Source: Oscillospiraceae bacterium
Lineage (GTDB): Bacteria > Bacillota > Clostridia > Oscillospirales > Acutalibacteraceae
Assembly (NCBI GenBank): GCA_015066105.1
Contig: SVOY01000001.1
Location: 458,127-522,126, forward strand
Length of the DNA: 64,000 bases
Reading direction: 5' to 3'
The notes beneath the pieces were generated by a model. The model searched no databases and was not told the DNA's origin. It worked only from the letters and a program-made list of their open reading frames with translations. Below, in pieces: positions 39,057 through 51,126 of this stretch (position 1 is the stretch's first letter; every line of letters starts with the position of its first letter). The position numbers and the translations under genes were made by a program.

Positions 39057-39857
39057 ATGGGTTTCTTAACGGGAAAAACAGCTATTATCACAGGTGCGGG
39101 CTTTGCGGCACTTTCTGACGGAAGATGCGGCTCCATCGGCTACGGCATTGCCACGGCTTACGCAAAAGAGGGTGCTAACCTTGTAATTACGGGCCGTAAC
39201 GTTTCAAAGCTTGAAAAGGCAAAGCAGGAGCTTGAAAAGCTTTACGGCATCAAGGTGCTTGCACTTCAGGCAGATATCTCCGAGGGTGCCGACAACGAAA
39301 GCATTGCAAAGGGCGTTGCCGAAAAGGCAATGGCAGAATTCGGCAGAATTGACGTGCTTATCAACAACGCTCAGGCCTCCGCTTCGGGTGTTACAATTCA
39401 GGACCACACAACAGAGCAGTTTAACCTTGCAATGTACTCGGGTCTTTACGCAACCTTTTACTATATGAAGGCCTGCTATCCCTACCTTAAGGAAACAAAG
39501 GGCGCAATCATCAACTTCGCTTCGGGCGCAGGTCTTTTCGGCAACTACGGTCAGTGCTCTTATGCCGCCGCAAAGGAGGCTATCCGCGGCCTTTCAAGGG
39601 TTGCCGCAACAGAGTGGGCAAAGGACGGCATAAACACAAATGTTGTTTGTCCTCTTGCCTGGACGGCTCAGCTTGAGCAGTTCCAAACTGCATACCCCGA
39701 TGCCTTCAAGGCCAACGTAAAAATGCCTCCCGCAGGCCATTTCGGCGACTCGGAGCTTGAAATCGGCAGAGTGTGCGTTCAGCTTGCTTCACCCGATTTC
39801 AAATATATGAACGGTGAAACACTTACCCTTGAGGGCGGTATGGGTCTTCGTCCGTAA
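39057..39857 (+). CDS. short-chain dehydrogenase/reductase (SDR)
   Basis: ATG 39057 preferred (SD GAAGGAG). TGAG...G cofactor loop, NNAQ, and YxxxK (YAAAK). Confidence 0.8.
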   Translation: MGFLTGKTAIITGAGFAALSDGRCGSIGYGIATAYAKEGANLVITGRNVSKLEKAKQELEKLYGIKVLALQADISEGADNESIAKGVAEKAMAEFGRIDVLINNAQASASGVTIQDHTTEQFNLAMYSGLYATFYYMKACYPYLKETKGAIINFASGAGLFGNYGQCSYAAAKEAIRGLSRVAATEWAKDGINTNVVCPLAWTAQLEQFQTAYPDAFKANVKMPPAGHFGDSELEIGRVCVQLASPDFKYMNGETLTLEGGMGLRP

Positions 39858-39871
39858 AATTTAAAAATATT

Positions 39872-39906
39872 AAGGAGTAACACGGTTCGTATTACTCCTT
39901 TTTTAT
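39872..39906. terminator. bidirectional terminator between the SDR gene and pyk
   Basis: 9-bp stem aaggagtaa / ttactcctt flanked by A and T runs. Confidence 0.7.
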
Positions 39907-39917
39907 TCGCTTAAAAA

Positions 39918-41330
39918 TCAGATGCTTTCAATTTTGATAAGGTTTGTGCTGCCCGAGCGACCCATTGTAACGCCGCCGGTGATAATGATTCTGTCGCCGG
40001 GCTGAAGGTTAAGGGCGGCCCTTGTCAGCTTTTTTGCCGTGTAAAAAAGCACGTCGGTTGAGGGCAGCTCCTCGCACATAACGGGCTTTACACCCCAGGA
40101 AAGGGCAAGCTTGCGCCAGGTTTTTTCGTTGGTTGTAAGGCCCACAATATCAACGGGGGAGCGGAAGCGAGAAACCATTCTCACCGTTCTGCCCGAAAGT
40201 GAGCACACAGTCATTGCCTTTGCGCCCACGTCAATAGACATTCCGCAGGTTGCGTGGGAAATTGCATCAACGGTGTTTTTTATCACAAAATCCGTCTCTC
40301 TGAAGCGTTTTACGCGGTTTATATTTTTCTCTGTCTGCACGGCAATTCTTGACATTGTTTCAACTGCAAGCACCGGGTGCTCACCCACGGCGGTTTCACC
40401 CGAAAGCATAAGTGCGCTTGTGCCGTCGTAAACCGCGTTGGCAACGTCGGAGATTTCCGCCCTTGTGGGTCGCGGGTTTGTAATCATCGACTCAAGCATT
40501 TCTGTTGCGGTGATAACCCGTCTGCCGAAAAGGCGGCATTTTGTTATAAGGTGCTTCTGAATTGCGGGCAGCTCCTCAAAGGGAATTTCAACACCCATAT
40601 CGCCGCGGCCTATCATAACGCCCTCACAGTGCTTCAGTATTTCATCAATGTTGTCAATGCCCGACTGATTTTCAATTTTTGCAAGCAGGTCAATGTCGGT
40701 TATATTATTCTCGGCAAGAAAATTCTTAACGTCAATGAGGTCCTGCGCACAGGAGACAAAGGAGCAGGCGATAAAATCCACGCCGTTTTCCGCACCGAAA
40801 AGGATATCGCTTTTATCCTGGGGGCTGAGATAATCCTGCCTGAGAACCTTTCCCGGGAAGCTCATTGACTTTCTGTCTGAAAGCCTGCCGCCGTCAACAA
40901 CAATGCATTTTGCCTCTGTTGGCGTTACCTCTTCAACACGGAACTTCATAAGGCCGTTGTTGAGCAGTATAATGTTGCCGGGCTCAAGGTCCTTCATCAT
41001 ACCCTTATAGCTGACGCTTACACGCTCGCGGTTGCCGGTTATTTCTTCGGTTGTAAAGGTGAAGCGGTCGCCCGCCTTAAGGCTTACAGAGCCCTTTTCG
41101 AAGGTCTTTATTCTGTATTCGGGCCCCTTTGTGTCAAGCAGTATCGCCACGGGAATACCGAGGGCGGACCTTACCGCTTTTATCATTTCAATTTTTTCAA
41201 AGTGCTCCTCATGGGTGCCGTGGGAAAAGTTGAGCCTTGCAACATTGAGCCCTGCAAGGCACATATCTCTGAAGGTGCCCTCATCACTGCAGGCGGGGCC
41301 GATGGTTGCAACAATTTTTGTTTTTCTCAT
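39918..41330 (-). CDS. pyk: pyruvate kinase
   Basis: 470 aa; MRKTKIVATIGPA start and the MIGRGDMGVEIP motif. Confidence 0.95.
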   Translation of the reverse strand: MRKTKIVATIGPACSDEGTFRDMCLAGLNVARLNFSHGTHEEHFEKIEMIKAVRSALGIPVAILLDTKGPEYRIKTFEKGSVSLKAGDRFTFTTEEITGNRERVSVSYKGMMKDLEPGNIILLNNGLMKFRVEEVTPTEAKCIVVDGGRLSDRKSMSFPGKVLRQDYLSPQDKSDILFGAENGVDFIACSFVSCAQDLIDVKNFLAENNITDIDLLAKIENQSGIDNIDEILKHCEGVMIGRGDMGVEIPFEELPAIQKHLITKCRLFGRRVITATEMLESMITNPRPTRAEISDVANAVYDGTSALMLSGETAVGEHPVLAVETMSRIAVQTEKNINRVKRFRETDFVIKNTVDAISHATCGMSIDVGAKAMTVCSLSGRTVRMVSRFRSPVDIVGLTTNEKTWRKLALSWGVKPVMCEELPSTDVLFYTAKKLTRAALNLQPGDRIIITGGVTMGRSGSTNLIKIESI

Positions 41331-41448
41331 AGGAATACCTGTATAGCCTTTCAGTTTTTATCATTCTTAATACATTATGTGTAATTTTTACTGTTGTATT
41401 TTTATTGCCTTGATGGTATAATTTTGAAAAAAGCAAGGAGAAAGCATT

Positions 41449-42378
41449 ATGCCTTATTTATTTACACATTTTAAAGAAAAGCTTACCGTTGACGGTGAGC
41501 AGGTATATTTTGCTCTGAGCAGGGACGGCTTTAACTGGGAGCAGCTTAACGGCGGAAAGCCCGTGCTTGAAAGCACGATGAGCTCGGGCGGCTGCAGAGA
41601 CATTGAGATAACGCGCCTTAAGGACGGCTCCTTTGTTATTCTCACAACGGATGAATGTATTGTCAAGCGCTTTGATGAGAATTATAACGTTGATTGGAAA
41701 AACGTTAACCGCACGGGCAGTAAGGGCCTTTGTATGTGGAAAAGCAAGGACCTTGTTGAGTTTTCGGGTCAGAGGATTATACCCGTGGGCAGAGACGATT
41801 TCGGCTGTTTGTGGGCACCCGAGATTATTTATGACGATATAAATGATGAATATGTTATTCACTGGGGCTCAACGGTAAAGCAGGACGATTACAGCCATAT
41901 GTCGATTTATTACTGCACAACAAAGGATTTTGAAAGCTTTTCCCGACCTAAGCTCTTTTTCACAAAGCAGAACGAAATTCTTGACACCCACATAAGAAAA
42001 ATTGACGGGAAATATCATATGTTTTATAAAAATGCCGATAACCCGGGAATGAATATGCACGCCGTTTCCGAGGATTTGTACGGACCTTATCTGCACGATG
42101 AGGCCTTTGAAGAATATATGCGCGGCATTGAAAGGGCAAACTGCTACGAGGCCCCCACAACAACGGTGCTTCCCGACGGCCGCTGGTGCCTTATGCTTGA
42201 CTTTTTCGGCTGTGAAAAGTCTGAAATGGGCTACGTGCCCTTTGTGAGCGAAAAGCCGGGCGACACCGGCTTCAAAAGGTGTGACGGGGACTTTTCCTTC
42301 CCTTACGGCTTCAAGCACGGCGGTATAATTGAAATCACCGATGAGGAATACGAAAGGCTGAAAATGCATTATAATTAA
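41449..42378 (+). CDS. GH43-like five-bladed beta-propeller glycoside hydrolase
   Basis: 309 aa; no signal peptide; WAPE motif and repeated blade pattern. Family assignment is tentative. Confidence 0.5.
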   Translation: MPYLFTHFKEKLTVDGEQVYFALSRDGFNWEQLNGGKPVLESTMSSGGCRDIEITRLKDGSFVILTTDECIVKRFDENYNVDWKNVNRTGSKGLCMWKSKDLVEFSGQRIIPVGRDDFGCLWAPEIIYDDINDEYVIHWGSTVKQDDYSHMSIYYCTTKDFESFSRPKLFFTKQNEILDTHIRKIDGKYHMFYKNADNPGMNMHAVSEDLYGPYLHDEAFEEYMRGIERANCYEAPTTTVLPDGRWCLMLDFFGCEKSEMGYVPFVSEKPGDTGFKRCDGDFSFPYGFKHGGIIEITDEEYERLKMHYN

Positions 42379-42413
42379 GCGAATATGCTTGATTTCGCAT
42401 TGCCTTTACATAA

Positions 42414-42464
42414 CAAAAAAACAGGACCGATGGGCAGTTCAGCCCTTTCAGTCCTGTTTTCGTT
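42414..42464. terminator. bidirectional stem-loop terminator
   Basis: acaggac...gtcctgt stem with an inner gggc/gccc stem. A7 on the left gives U7 for the minus strand; TTTT on the right. Confidence 0.7.
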
Positions 42465-42477
42465 AAAAATAATAATC

Positions 42478-42660
42478 CCGCCGTGCCGTTTGTGATGTGT
42501 ATAACCTGCCTCAGTAGCAGGGTGGTGATAGCGAGACGGGTTCGCGCTCCCTTCGTCCGTTTAGTTGAAGTCCAAACGGGAGGTCTGCAATCCGCCGTCA
42601 AAGCATCTCTCCGTTTTATAACGTGTTGGGTTATAACGATCACAGATGTCGCACACAGCA
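42478..42660 (-). ncRNA. ssrS: candidate 6S-like regulatory RNA
   Basis: Hand fold. The interrupted closing stem pairs GUGC/GCAC, UGUGAU/AUCACA and UAUAACC/GGUUAUA. A large unpaired central bubble (about 28 nt per side) has a small 3'-side hairpin (CCUGC-N7-GCAGG). The apical stem pairs GACGG/CCGUC and CCGUUU/AAACGG. No ORF; a U7 terminator lies downstream. Confidence 0.45.
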
Positions 42661-42672
42661 GGAGTTATTTAA

Positions 42673-42990
42673 TTATTCTTCCTCGGCCTCGTATTTTTCC
42701 ATAAGTCTGTCCTCAAAAATGTTGCCGATTTCGTTGAATTCCTTTTCATCCTCAATCTGTACAAGGTAGGTTTCGCCGTTTTCCTCAATCACCTTGAGAA
42801 TGAAAGCGTCGCCGTCATCGTCAAGAATTTCGGCCGCATCGTCATAAATGGGTAAAAGGGCAACATATCTGTTACCGTCCTCGGTTTCAATTCTGTCAAT
42901 TTCTTCAAAAATATGCTCGGTGCCGTCGTCGTCAACAACGGATACGATATCAGAGGTGTCGTAATTAAGCTCTTCCATTTGTTCTTCCAA
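42673..42990 (-). CDS. DUF1292 domain protein
   Basis: 105-aa acidic protein with the DDDGTEHIFE...YVALLP pattern. Confidence 0.7.
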   Translation of the reverse strand: MEEQMEELNYDTSDIVSVVDDDGTEHIFEEIDRIETEDGNRYVALLPIYDDAAEILDDDGDAFILKVIEENGETYLVQIEDEKEFNEIGNIFEDRLMEKYEAEEE

Positions 42991-43208
42991 AAAAGGTCAG
43001 TGCCTTTATCCTTTCATTTTTTTACACTATTATTTTAATATCTCAGGACTATTATGTCAATATTTATTCGTAAATATTAAAAGTAAAAAAATAGAAGAAA
43101 ACTGTAGCATAAGCTTCAAATTTGTGTTATAATAATCATAATTGATTTTAAAGCGTAAGATTTAATAATCTGACCTGATATGATTATAATAAAGGATGTG
43201 AAAACATA

Positions 43209-44570
43209 ATGTCAAATTCCCTCAATCCGGTTTTCGGACAGTGGTATGTTGACCGTCAGCTGGGTAACGGCACCGACGGAAAGGTTTTTACTATTTATAA
43301 AGAGAAATATGACGGCACAAGAGAAACCGCTGTTATGAAAATGCTTCGTCTGGGTGAAAACCGCAACGAGAGAAAAACCTTCAACCTCAGCGGCGAAAAT
43401 GAGGAATACCCCTCTGAAGGCTTTGAAAAAATCATTGCAAGCATAAAAAAGAATATCGAAACCGTGAAAAAAGCCGATAACGGCAGATTTTTTATAAAAT
43501 ATGAGGACCTTGAGCTGAGAAAGGCAAGCGACGGAAAGGGTATACTCATCCTCATAAAGCTTGAGCAGGGAAAAAGCCTTGCAGAGGTGCTTAAGAATTT
43601 TACCTTCACCCTTGAGGAGACCTACCGCCTCGGCATAAACATCTGCCAGGCTTTGCAGAAATGCCGCACCTTCGGCTACGTTTATCCCAACCTCAAGCCC
43701 GAAAACATCCTTTTTGATAAAGAGGGCAGATGCAAAATCGGCGATTTCGGCTCCTTCAGCTGTCTTGAGCCTGCAAAAACCTCAATTTCCTATAAGCGTA
43801 CGCAGTATTATATGGCACCCGAGCTCATAAAAACGGGCAACATCAACTGCACCTGCGACACCTATTCTCTCGGCCTTATCCTTTATATGCTCACCAACAA
43901 AAACAGACTTCCCTTCACCGAGCCCTATCCCGAGCAGATTACGGTCAACTCCCTCAATGAGTCAACCGAAAGGCGCATACGCGGCGAAAGCTTTGAAAAG
44001 CCCGCCCACGCAAGTGAGGCACTGTGGAAAATCATCAAAAAGGCCTGCGCCCTTAAGCCTAACGACAGATACTTCACTCCCGAGCAGATGCTTTCCGACC
44101 TTAAAAACGCCATGAATAATCAGCCCTTTGAAAAGGCCGAGTATGACGATGTTTATTCCGAAAGCAAGGCTCTTGACGAAACGGATGAGCCGGTGGTTAT
44201 ACCCGAGGTTAAAAACATTTCTGCCGTAAAAGAGCAGGAGATTGACGTGCTTTCCATCAAGGAAGAAATCCACATTCCCGATATTATTCTTTCAAACTAT
44301 TCCGGCAGTGCCTTTACAAGCACCTCGGGCGACGGAAAAAAGTATGAAAAGCTTGTTGATACAAGGCCGAAGTCAAGGTATGATTTCCGCAGACTCAGAA
44401 AGCTTATGCTTTCAGCCTTTGTTGCAATCTGCTTTGTTCTGCTTTTCCTTTTCTCGGTCACGCTTGACGCGGATGCGGCCTTTTTCCCCGTGGGTTATGA
44501 CAGTGACCTTGCTGATACTGCCGATAATATGAATTTTTGTTTTAAAGGAGCGTTGCTTTATGGCAGCTGA
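43209..44570 (+). CDS. membrane-anchored Hanks-type Ser/Thr kinase homologue, predicted pseudokinase (catalytic loop YPNLKPEN)
   Basis: 453 aa. Gly loop LGNGTDGKV, AVMK, GDFG and MAPE are present, but HRD is replaced by YPN (Asn161, AAC at 43689-43691). One C-terminal TM helix. Confidence 0.8.
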   Translation: MSNSLNPVFGQWYVDRQLGNGTDGKVFTIYKEKYDGTRETAVMKMLRLGENRNERKTFNLSGENEEYPSEGFEKIIASIKKNIETVKKADNGRFFIKYEDLELRKASDGKGILILIKLEQGKSLAEVLKNFTFTLEETYRLGINICQALQKCRTFGYVYPNLKPENILFDKEGRCKIGDFGSFSCLEPAKTSISYKRTQYYMAPELIKTGNINCTCDTYSLGLILYMLTNKNRLPFTEPYPEQITVNSLNESTERRIRGESFEKPAHASEALWKIIKKACALKPNDRYFTPEQMLSDLKNAMNNQPFEKAEYDDVYSESKALDETDEPVVIPEVKNISAVKEQEIDVLSIKEEIHIPDIILSNYSGSAFTSTSGDGKKYEKLVDTRPKSRYDFRRLRKLMLSAFVAICFVLLFLFSVTLDADAAFFPVGYDSDLADTADNMNFCFKGALLYGS

Positions 44571-44871
44571 AATGATAAAAGAGATACTTAAAGCTGAAGC
44601 TCAGGCAAAGGAAGCTGAGAAGAAGGCTGAAAAAATCGGCGAAAAAATTATTCAGAATGCGAAAATTCAGGCGGATATCATCATAAAAAACGCCGTTGAC
44701 CAGGCCGTTAACCAGGCCAATATAATTATGAGCGACGCCGAATATTCCTCTGACGGCGTGATAAAGCAGGCAAACAAGCTTGCTCTTATGAGAGAAAAGA
44801 AATCCATTGCCGATACCGAAAAGCTTTATGACACAGCGATTAAAAAGGTTTTTGAAGAAATACTTAAATAA
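44560..44871 (+). CDS. V-type ATPase small coiled-coil subunit (G-like; E. hirae NtpF equivalent)
   Basis: 103 aa Ala/Glu/Lys-rich helix in first position of the ntp operon; SD AAGGAG; overlaps the kinase gene by 11 nt. Confidence 0.65.
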   Translation: MAAEMIKEILKAEAQAKEAEKKAEKIGEKIIQNAKIQADIIIKNAVDQAVNQANIIMSDAEYSSDGVIKQANKLALMREKKSIADTEKLYDTAIKKVFEEILK

Positions 44872-44945
44872 TAAGCCTTGATTATGAATTCACGGGCTCT
44901 TACGGGCTTTACGGTAATAAAATATTATAAAAAGGGGGTGTTCCT

Positions 44946-47401
<2,456 letters not shown>

Positions 47402-47440
47402 TCAAGGTTAAAAAATTATACCTTAAAAGGAGTTGAAGCA

Positions 47441-48031
47441 ATGACAGGACTTGAGAAAATACAAGAAAAAATCCTTGCCCGGGCAAAGGCTGACGGCGAC
47501 GTAATCATCGCAAAGGCCAATGAAGAAGCAAAGGAAATTCTGATAAACGCCCGTGTCAGAGCAGAAGAGCTTTCGCAAAAAATCATTTCCGATGCGGAAA
47601 AGCAGTCCGAAAAGAAAAAGCTGCTTGCCAAGGGTGCGGCAGAGTCTATAACCCGTAACCGCTACCTTGAAGTCAGAAATGCGATTATCAACGATATTAT
47701 TTCAGCGGCCTATGAGGAAATTGAAAGGCTCGGCGACGAAGAGTATTTTGACCTTCTCAGAAGGCTTTGCATTAAAAACATAACCCCGGGCGAATACGTT
47801 ATGCACCTTAACAGTGTTGACCTTTCACGTCTTCCCGAGGGCTTTGAGGACAGCATAAATGCAGAAATTTACGAAACTGCGGCCGTTTTTATCAGAAAAG
47901 AGGCGGCAGACATTGAAAACGGCTTTATTTTGAGCGGTGACGGTGTTGAAATCAACTGCACCTTCAGAGCTGTTTTTGACGAAAATATGGATAAGCTTAA
48001 GGATATGCTCAACATTGAGCTTTTTGGCTGA
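47441..48031 (+). CDS. ntpE: V-type ATPase subunit E
   Basis: 196 aa; N-terminal coiled coil; operon position. Confidence 0.8.
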   Translation: MTGLEKIQEKILARAKADGDVIIAKANEEAKEILINARVRAEELSQKIISDAEKQSEKKKLLAKGAAESITRNRYLEVRNAIINDIISAAYEEIERLGDEEYFDLLRRLCIKNITPGEYVMHLNSVDLSRLPEGFEDSINAEIYETAAVFIRKEAADIENGFILSGDGVEINCTFRAVFDENMDKLKDMLNIELFG

Positions 48032-48049
48032 GGAAAGAAGGTGAGGCAG

Positions 48050-49015
48050 ATGAGGGACACCGATTATGCTTTTTGCGTTGCTAAAATAAGGGCACTTGAA
48101 AACAAGCTGCTTTCAAAGCAGGATATAGCCGCGCTTATAGGGCAGAGGGATTTTGCGGCCGCTATGGGCTTTCTCAGCGAAAAAGGCTACGCCGCTCAGG
48201 ATGAGTCTTCTGCCGAGCTTATAAAAAGGCAGACCCTGCAGCTTAATGCCGTGCTCAACGAGAGCGTGCCAGACAAAAGGGTGCTTGATGCCCTTTATTT
48301 ACTTAACGATTATTTTAACCTTAAGGTTATGGTCAAATGTGCCGCCGAAAGAGAGGGTGCAGAGGGTCTTTTCCTTTTTCCCACAACGGCAGAGGTTGAG
48401 CACTTTGACGCCGATACCGAGGACGGAAGCTTCGTCTTCCTTAAAGAGCAGTACCGCAAGGCGGCAACGCAGGCCTATGCTATGGCAGTAAAAAGCGGTG
48501 ACGGCAGATATTCTGACGTGATAATCGATACCGCCGCAATCTGTGAGCTTTCACGTTATGCCAAAATGAAAAAAAGCGGACTTCTCGGTAAAATCTGCGG
48601 CTTCATTGCCGATACGGCCAACATTAAAATTGCCCTCAGATGCATTGCAACGGCCCGTGACGAGGATTATGTAAGGGCGGCCGTGGGCGACTGCTTTTTG
48701 CTTGATAAGCCGAGGCTTATTGCTTCGGTGCTTTCGGGCGGTGAGGCCCTTGAGGCTTATCTTGCTGACACGGAATATAAGCAAGGGCTTGCGGTTTACA
48801 AATCCAATCCCTCCGCTTTTGAAAAATGGTGTGACGACCGAGTTATGAAAATTGCCTCCGATGCCGTTTATACAAGCTTCGGCTTTGACCCGGTGGTATA
48901 TTACTATTACCGCAAAAATCTTGAAATCAAAACCGTGAGGATGATTTTGGCGGCAAAAAGGTCAGATATTGACACGGAGACTTTAAAGGAAAGGGTGAGA
49001 GAGCTTTATGCATAA
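48050..49015 (+). CDS. ntpC: V-type ATPase subunit C (d-type)
   Basis: ORF from GTG 48041; ATG 48050 preferred. About 321 aa; operon position. Confidence 0.8.
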   Translation: MRDTDYAFCVAKIRALENKLLSKQDIAALIGQRDFAAAMGFLSEKGYAAQDESSAELIKRQTLQLNAVLNESVPDKRVLDALYLLNDYFNLKVMVKCAAEREGAEGLFLFPTTAEVEHFDADTEDGSFVFLKEQYRKAATQAYAMAVKSGDGRYSDVIIDTAAICELSRYAKMKKSGLLGKICGFIADTANIKIALRCIATARDEDYVRAAVGDCFLLDKPRLIASVLSGGEALEAYLADTEYKQGLAVYKSNPSAFEKWCDDRVMKIASDAVYTSFGFDPVVYYYYRKNLEIKTVRMILAAKRSDIDTETLKERVRELYA

Positions 49016-49319
49016 GGTTGCGGCAATAGGGGACAGAGAAAGCGTTTCCGGCTTCAGAGCAATCGGTATGGAGGCCTTTTCTCCCTGCGGCAGGGAAGAA
49101 TGTCAGTCTCTTCTCAAAAAGCTTTGCACGGGCGATTACGCAATAATTTATATTACGGAGGAATTTGCACAGCACTGCAGGGATATCATAAAAAAATATG
49201 AGGATGTAATTTCTCCTGCAATAATACTTATTCCCGGTGTCAAAAACAATACGGGTGAGGGTATGCGACAGCTCAGCCTCAGCGTTGAAAGAGCCGTCGG
49301 CTCACAGCTGCCCGAATAA
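49008..49319 (+). CDS. V-type ATPase subunit F
   Basis: 103 aa; MHKVAAIGDRESVSGFRAIG start typical of subunit F; 8-nt overlap with the previous gene. Confidence 0.85.
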   Translation: MHKVAAIGDRESVSGFRAIGMEAFSPCGREECQSLLKKLCTGDYAIIYITEEFAQHCRDIIKKYEDVISPAIILIPGVKNNTGEGMRQLSLSVERAVGSQLPE

Positions 49320-49356
49320 AATGAGAACAATATTACACTGAAAAAGGTGAATAAAT

Positions 49357-51123
49357 ATGAATGACGGAATAATCAAAAAGATTTCTGGACCCCTTGTTGT
49401 TGCTTCGGGGATGAAAAATGCAAATATGTTTGACGTTGTCCGTGTAAGTGACGAAAGGCTTATCGGCGAAATTATCGAAATGCATGAGGACAGAGCCTCA
49501 ATCCAGGTTTATGAGGAAACCTCGGGCCTTAAGGTCGGCTCAAGGGTTGAGTCAACGGGTGAGCCGCTGAGCGTTGAGCTCGGCCCCGGTCTCATCGGCG
49601 GCATTTTTGACGGCATACAGAGACCGCTTGTTGAAATTATGAATCAGACGGGCAACAACCTTAAAAGAGGTACTGAAATCCCTGCCCTTGACAGAAGCAG
49701 ACAGTGGGTTTTTGAGCCCTCGGTCAGCGTTGGTGAGCAGGTTTACGGCGGTGACGTAATCGGCACCGTGCAGGAAACCGAGGTTGTAAGCCACAAAATT
49801 ATGCTGCCCGTAAACATTAACGGTATTATCAAGGAAATTACCGGCGGCACCTGCACCGTTGAGGATATTGTTGCCATTGTGCTTGACGAAAAGGGTCAGG
49901 AGCACGGAATCGGCATTGTTCAGCGTTGGCCCGTAAGAAAGCCGCGCCCCTACAAGAAAAAGCTCACACCCGATATGCCTCTGCTTACGGGTCAAAGAGT
50001 AATTGACGCCCTTTTTCCCATTGCAAAGGGCGGCGTCGGCGCAATTCCCGGCCCCTTCGGCAGCGGAAAAACCGTAACTCAGCACCAGGTGGCAAAGTGG
50101 GCGGATGCGGATATCGTTGTTTACATCGGCTGCGGTGAGCGCGGCAACGAAATGACGGATGTTCTCAACGAATTCCCCGAGCTTATTGATCCCCACACGG
50201 GCAAATCCCTTATGGAAAGAACGGTGCTTATTGCAAACACCTCAGATATGCCCGTTGCCGCCCGTGAGGCTTCAATTTACACGGGCATCACCATTGCGGA
50301 ATACTTCCGCGATATGGGCTACAGCGTGGCACTTATGGCAGACTCAACCTCGCGCTGGGCAGAGGCACTTCGTGAAATGTCCGGCAGACTTGAGGAAATG
50401 CCCGGTGAAGAGGGCTATCCCGCTTACCTTGCAAGCCGTCTTGCTCAGTTTTATGAAAGAGCAGGCCGTGTGCTTTCCCTGGGCAAAATTTCAAGAGAGG
50501 GCACCCTTTCCGTTATCGGTGCCGTTTCTCCTGCAGGCGGCGATATTTCAGAGCCCGTCAGCCAAGCAACCCTGCGTATTGTAAAGGTCTTCTGGGGCCT
50601 TGATTCGGCCCTTGCATATAAGCGTCATTTTCCTGCAATCAACTGGCTTACAAGCTATTCACTTTATGCCAACACCCTCGGCAAATGGTTTGACGAAAAC
50701 GTGGGCAGGGAGTGGTCAGGCTTACGCAGAGATATTATGAAGCTCCTTTCCGAGGAGGCTGAGCTGCTTGAAATGGTCAAGCTTGTGGGTATGGACTCAC
50801 TTTCACAGAAGGACCGCGTAAAAATGGAAATTGCACGCTCGGTAAGAGAGGACTTTCTCCATCAGCTTGCCTTCCATGAGGTGGACACCTTCACCTCGCC
50901 CAAAAAGCAGCTTATGATGATGAAGCTCATTATGGAGTTTTACGATAAATGCCTTTCAGTGCTCAGCGCGGAAATAAGCGTTGATGAAATGGCGGCTCTG
51001 CCCGTAAGAGAAAGAATAGGCCGCTTTAAATATATTCCCGAGGAAAGCATTGACGAAAGCTTTGCTCAGATTAAGGCTGAAATACACACACAGCTTAAAG
51101 AGCTTGCAGAAAGGGGAGAATAA
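49357..51123 (+). CDS. ntpA: V-type ATPase catalytic subunit A
   Basis: 588 aa; Walker A GPFGSGKT; non-homologous-region insert typical of A subunits. Confidence 0.97.
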   Translation: MNDGIIKKISGPLVVASGMKNANMFDVVRVSDERLIGEIIEMHEDRASIQVYEETSGLKVGSRVESTGEPLSVELGPGLIGGIFDGIQRPLVEIMNQTGNNLKRGTEIPALDRSRQWVFEPSVSVGEQVYGGDVIGTVQETEVVSHKIMLPVNINGIIKEITGGTCTVEDIVAIVLDEKGQEHGIGIVQRWPVRKPRPYKKKLTPDMPLLTGQRVIDALFPIAKGGVGAIPGPFGSGKTVTQHQVAKWADADIVVYIGCGERGNEMTDVLNEFPELIDPHTGKSLMERTVLIANTSDMPVAAREASIYTGITIAEYFRDMGYSVALMADSTSRWAEALREMSGRLEEMPGEEGYPAYLASRLAQFYERAGRVLSLGKISREGTLSVIGAVSPAGGDISEPVSQATLRIVKVFWGLDSALAYKRHFPAINWLTSYSLYANTLGKWFDENVGREWSGLRRDIMKLLSEEAELLEMVKLVGMDSLSQKDRVKMEIARSVREDFLHQLAFHEVDTFTSPKKQLMMMKLIMEFYDKCLSVLSAEISVDEMAALPVRERIGRFKYIPEESIDESFAQIKAEIHTQLKELAERGE

Positions 51124-51126
51124 CTT

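Noticed and set aside
42478-42660. SRP (4.5S/scRNA) RNA
   Set aside because: It is rod-like, but the hallmark helix-8 GGAA tetraloop with flanking AGCAGC-type symmetric-loop sequence is absent on both strands. A plus-strand UGCAAUCCGCC string vaguely recalls an Alu-domain segment, which I judged coincidental.
43059-43078. Perfect 8-4-8 palindrome AATATTTA-TTCG-TAAATATT upstream of the pseudokinase gene as an operator
   Set aside because: It is almost pure A/T in an AT-rich promoter region, so chance occurrence is too likely without comparative support.
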